Positions 45,219-48,627 of a stretch of 48,627 nucleotides of DNA are shown here, piece by piece (positions within the stretch are counted from its first letter, which is position 1; each line of letters begins with the position of its first letter). The translations under genes were made by a program, and so were the position numbers. A model generated the notes under the pieces. It was not told the origin of the DNA, ran no database searches, and worked only from the letters and a program-made list of their open reading frames with translations. This DNA is from Nitrospinaceae bacterium (GTDB lineage: Bacteria > Nitrospinota > Nitrospinia > Nitrospinales > VA-1): positions 1 through 48,627 of the forward strand of contig JAJDBA010000047.1 of assembly GCA_029261675.1 (NCBI GenBank), given 5' to 3'.

Positions 45219-46073
45219 TTATAAGTTTAAGATTTGATATTCTGAATAAAGAAGATCTATGTCCGCACTTTTCAAAGTATCCGATTTGTATACTCTAGGG
45301 TGTGGTAGGCTAAAATAAATTGAAGGGAAAATAGTCTCTCCATGCAATTGCCTTTCATCCACCAATATACCAAATGCTTTCATTCGCCAGCAAATACGTC
45401 CTGATAGTAAATTAATATGAGATGAAAAAAAACGATGGTCACTAATGTAATGAATATGCACCAGTGGGATATTTTTTTTAATAGTTCTGGAGCCAATTAA
45501 ATAACATTCACCTTCGGGACCACAAATCATAACGTGGAAACAATTTAAATTACGATGATCATTGAATAGTTTTAGTGTTTCCCCTTCTAGTTTTTTTTCT
45601 ATTTCCAAGAGGTTAAATATGATTTTTGTTGAAGATTTAAAATTTAAGGAAATGGGTAAGGGAAAAATTATCCTTTGACCAGTTTCAAGATTAACGAATC
45701 CTAATTTTTTCATTATGGCGTGAGTTCCAGAATTACAAGTGAGGACAGTGATGGTATGGTTGCCGAGTTCGAGGACAGGAAAAAAAAGATGAAGGCTTTT
45801 CCCTCGGTATTTCTTTTTTACAACCCAACTTGTTACATTGCAGAACTTGATTAAATTATCATTAAGAGTTCGTTGACTAAACAATAAACCTAAAAATCCA
45901 ACAGCATTTTCGCAATCATACATCACGTAGCCAAAATAATTTTCATTATCATCCCAGTCGGCTTTAAATAAACCTAGCCATTCATCCTGAGTCTGCTTTC
46001 GACTATCTAACTCGAATAAGAGAGGAAGGAGTTTTTCAAAGTCCTTTTCCGTGACTTTTTTTACGGTCACCAT
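45219..46073 (-). CDS. GNAT-like acyltransferase domain protein
   Basis: In the 284-aa ORF, the N-terminal half resembles a GNAT fold (VTSWVVKKKYRGKSLHLFF...IMKKLGF). The C-terminal half is not recognised. Confidence 0.55.
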   Translation of the reverse strand: MVTVKKVTEKDFEKLLPLLFELDSRKQTQDEWLGLFKADWDDNENYFGYVMYDCENAVGFLGLLFSQRTLNDNLIKFCNVTSWVVKKKYRGKSLHLFFPVLELGNHTITVLTCNSGTHAIMKKLGFVNLETGQRIIFPLPISLNFKSSTKIIFNLLEIEKKLEGETLKLFNDHRNLNCFHVMICGPEGECYLIGSRTIKKNIPLVHIHYISDHRFFSSHINLLSGRICWRMKAFGILVDERQLHGETIFPSIYFSLPHPRVYKSDTLKSADIDLLYSEYQILNL

Positions 46074-46180
46074 TAAAAACTGAGAGAAGCCATTAGAGTA
46101 AGATAAAATATCACCTTATTTATAGTAAGGAGGATGATTGTTGAAAGGAAAATTTTCTAGAATAAGGAACAAGGCTCTAG

Positions 46181-46426
46181 TTAAGGATTAATTTTTCTTG
46201 ATATCAACTCGATCATTTCACCAGTATTTTCTAGTTTTCCAATTTCAACCAGGTTTAACTTCAGATCGAATATTTTTTCAATGTTAACGACAAGAGTGAT
46301 CTGATTTAATGAATCCCACTCTTCAATATCAGAGGATGTCATATTGTCAGAAATTTTTATTGAATCATCATCAAACACGTCACAAAAAATACTATTCATT
46401 TTATTAACAATTTCTTGACGTTCCAA
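46181..46426 (-). CDS. acyl carrier protein
   Basis: The 81-aa acidic protein has the phosphopantetheine attachment context EEWDSLNQITLV. Confidence 0.8.
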   Translation of the reverse strand: MERQEIVNKMNSIFCDVFDDDSIKISDNMTSSDIEEWDSLNQITLVVNIEKIFDLKLNLVEIGKLENTGEMIELISRKINP

Positions 46427-46436
46427 AATTTTACCT

Positions 46437-48323
46437 CTAATTCTCTGGGGATAAATTTTTACTTTCGCTTCGTTTAATAGTATGACTAAATTTTGGCAAT
46501 GGTTCCTTCATGTTTAACTCCCAGTATGTCGTGCCACCCGCTTCTGTTTTAGCGAGTTTAAAACCTAGACGTTCATAAAGAGAAGATACAATTTTATTTT
46601 TTTTTGATGGTATGTATTTCCCTATAATAAAATTAGATTTTTCCAATTTAGCCATAGATATGATTTCACTGCAAATAAATTCCTCCATTCCCCTTGAGAA
46701 AACACGACAACTCATAACCCAAGTGTCTACATAAAAAATCTCTGGCTGGAGTTTAATGATTAGAGCCGAAATTAACCCATTATTTCCAAAACGATCTATT
46801 AAACAAAAATAACGTAAGATAGTCATTTTATCATTAATCATCGATCGTACTTGTGCCTCAGTATAACGCGTTGTAGTAAGATGAAATTGGTTACTCTTAT
46901 TGATTAGTTGAGTAAATCTTGACAAATTTTGTTCATTCACTTGCCCAACTTCAGATTCCATTTCCAGATCAATAAGAAATTCATTAAGATTAACAAATTG
47001 CTTCTGATGTTCTGATCTTATAGTATTTTCTTTATAGAATTGGTTCCTATTTGAATCTTCATTGGAAAAAGCGAGAGATTCAAAAAAGCTCCCCCGTTCA
47101 ATTGCGCCAATAAATGATGTCGGGTCTTCTGGGAGGTCAACAACGGTCACTTCAGGTAAAATTTTTCGAACAAGTTGACGCTCAAAAGGGTTGTCATCAA
47201 TAAAAACTATAGAATCAAGACCAATATTAAGCGCCGCTGCAATATCTCGAATATTGTCGGGTTTGTTTTTCCAATTAGCTTTGAACACTGCAATATCATC
47301 CAGTTGTATTAGCATATCTGGATGGTTCAAAAAAACATCGCTAGCAATATTTTCCTCATTTTTACTGCAAATAGAAAGCAGGATACCTCTTTTTTTGAGT
47401 GCCAGTAAATACTTTTGAAACTCTAGGAATGCTTCCCCCTCAGCCCCATGTCCGAGTTGAATACCATTTAGCCCATCATCACCTATAACTCCACCCCATA
47501 AGGTATTATCAAGATCTAAAATTAGGCATTTTTTAGCTCCCACTTTTCCTGCTGCAATTAAAGACGCTGCTTGTGAAGCTACTAAGCCACTTGCATCAAA
47601 GGAGAAGGCATGCTTTGAATAATGCCAGTAGCGGGCATCGTGCCAATCATTTTTTCCAAATAAAGAAGAAAGGTAGTCCATGTCAAAAATAGTAACACCT
47701 GGCCGAGACGATAAAGCTAAAGAAAGATTAAATTTACGTAGAAGGCTGGTTTGAGACCAACCAACTGAGCCTTCAAGGTTACCAAAAATTCTGGAATTAG
47801 GCAGGTCTATGTTATTTTGCAAGATATGACAGGATGATTGTTTTCTTATGACATCCCAAAGTTCAACAAACTCCTTAATGATAATATCAACTGCAGCATC
47901 ACATTCTCTTGGGCTAGCACCAAAGGGGACAGAAAGCTTTACATCACGATAATTATTAAAAATCCAAACAAACTCTGGGGCAAAGCCATATAAGTCACTT
48001 TTTGGATTTAGGACAGTTTGACTAATTGTATTAAAAGGAGAGGAAAATATCTCAACTCTAAAACCTTGTTTAGCTAGCCAGAATTTTAATATATCAATGA
48101 AATGATCAACGGTACTCGTGGCTAACAACGCCAATCTCAAATCTTTAAGCTTCAACTTTTCTGAAGGTATAGAATTAAAAAGTGAAGCATATCTTGATTG
48201 GAGTGTAAAATCATGTTCTTGTTCAGATAGTGTAACTAGGTCCTGAAAAGCGTCTGTGAAGTGGCCTTTTTGGATCTCCTTCTTAATCGATTTGAGCTTA
48301 ATAATTTGTTTTTCTTGCGTCAC
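46437..48323 (-). CDS. FkbH-like HAD-superfamily (subfamily IIIC) protein
   Basis: The 628-aa ORF has the HAD motif I LILDLDNTLWGGVIGDDG, LSICSKN, VFIDDNPFE and a C-terminal GNAT-like tail. It sits immediately upstream of the ACP gene with a 10-nt gap. Confidence 0.8.
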   Translation of the reverse strand: MTQEKQIIKLKSIKKEIQKGHFTDAFQDLVTLSEQEHDFTLQSRYASLFNSIPSEKLKLKDLRLALLATSTVDHFIDILKFWLAKQGFRVEIFSSPFNTISQTVLNPKSDLYGFAPEFVWIFNNYRDVKLSVPFGASPRECDAAVDIIIKEFVELWDVIRKQSSCHILQNNIDLPNSRIFGNLEGSVGWSQTSLLRKFNLSLALSSRPGVTIFDMDYLSSLFGKNDWHDARYWHYSKHAFSFDASGLVASQAASLIAAGKVGAKKCLILDLDNTLWGGVIGDDGLNGIQLGHGAEGEAFLEFQKYLLALKKRGILLSICSKNEENIASDVFLNHPDMLIQLDDIAVFKANWKNKPDNIRDIAAALNIGLDSIVFIDDNPFERQLVRKILPEVTVVDLPEDPTSFIGAIERGSFFESLAFSNEDSNRNQFYKENTIRSEHQKQFVNLNEFLIDLEMESEVGQVNEQNLSRFTQLINKSNQFHLTTTRYTEAQVRSMINDKMTILRYFCLIDRFGNNGLISALIIKLQPEIFYVDTWVMSCRVFSRGMEEFICSEIISMAKLEKSNFIIGKYIPSKKNKIVSSLYERLGFKLAKTEAGGTTYWELNMKEPLPKFSHTIKRSESKNLSPEN

Positions 48324-48428
48324 AAAAAAGTCCCTAAATTTTTAAATATTTTTTACCTCTTCTAGCATTTATTAAAGTGAGAAAATGTTTATAATTTATT
48401 ATTCTTCTAGGAGGGAGTTCTTACTTTT

Positions 48429-48626
48429 TTATGAAGCTACATGATCATAAATAGAGCCCAATAGATTTTGTATTCTATTAAAGGAAGGATGTTTGTCATC
48501 ATACTTCCCTTCAATCTGGTCATAAACGACTGAATTAATTTCTGTTTGAAGGGCAATTATTTCATTAATGGAGTAGCCCTGATCGTAAAGGTATGCGATA
48601 TACCATAGGCTGGTATCAGCATCGAT
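48429..48626 (-). CDS. C-terminal fragment of an unidentified protein (enters from the right edge)
   Basis: The open minus-strand frame reads IDADTSLWYIAYLYDQGYSINEIIALQTEINSVVYDQIEGKYDDKHPSFNRIQNLLGSIYDHVAS*. It is not in the ORF track because it has no in-window start. Confidence 0.4.
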   Translation of the reverse strand: MDADTSLWYIAYLYDQGYSINEIIALQTEINSVVYDQIEGKYDDKHPSFNRIQNLLGSIYDHVAS

Positions 48627-48627
48627 A

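Noticed and set aside
44970-48627. Integrated genomic island at the tmRNA 3' end
   Set aside because: No integrase or recombinase and no direct repeat of the ssrA 3' terminus are visible within the window. The genes look like a glycan-modification cluster rather than mobile DNA. This cannot be excluded beyond the right edge.
1-48627. CRISPR arrays, IS elements or transposases, rRNA or tRNA genes
   Set aside because: Scanning intergenic regions showed no regularly spaced direct repeats, no transposase- or integrase-like ORFs and no tRNA-like cloverleaf other than the tRNA-like domain of tmRNA.

Overview
This is a chromosomal window from a Gram-negative, fairly AT-rich bacterium. I cannot assign taxonomy from sequence alone. 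About 50 genes are packed densely, and I saw no transposase, integrase, CRISPR array or rRNA/tRNA. The one clear RNA gene is tmRNA (ssrA, 44611-44969). Recognisable housekeeping genes are gcvT-gcvH, lepA-lepB, tyrS, engB, purD, an Ntn-type isoaspartyl peptidase/asparaginase and an ABC importer. The main accessory content is as follows. (1) A translationally coupled block of four c-type cytochromes (19014-25251): two large collinear paralogues with 11 CxxCH + 1 CX4CH and 10 CxxCH motifs, a dihaem protein and a monohaem lipoprotein. An orphan Hpt gene precedes it and a ~12-blade NHL-repeat exported protein lies just upstream. I see no catalytic, quinol-dehydrogenase or porin partner, so this is my best candidate for an uncharacterised electron-transfer system. 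(2) A five-gene plus-strand operon (30069-33172) built around a CarH-like MerR/B12-binding regulator that carries the Wx9EH and ExHxxG photoreceptor motifs. It also encodes a tandem-duplicated His-motif periplasmic protein and a CbiX-like chelatase, and a decayed DUF523 gene sits next to it. (3) A radical SAM-DUF547-MauE operon (38430-40988). (4) An envelope-glycan locus (GT4, TMTC-like GT-C/TPR protein, GNAT, ACP, FkbH-like) that is split by the tmRNA gene. The window also holds several hairpin terminators, two near-consensus sigma70-type promoters, an odd nested repeat in the purD 3' intergenic region, and visibly AT-richer blocks. All functional calls come from motif recognition by eye; no database search was run.
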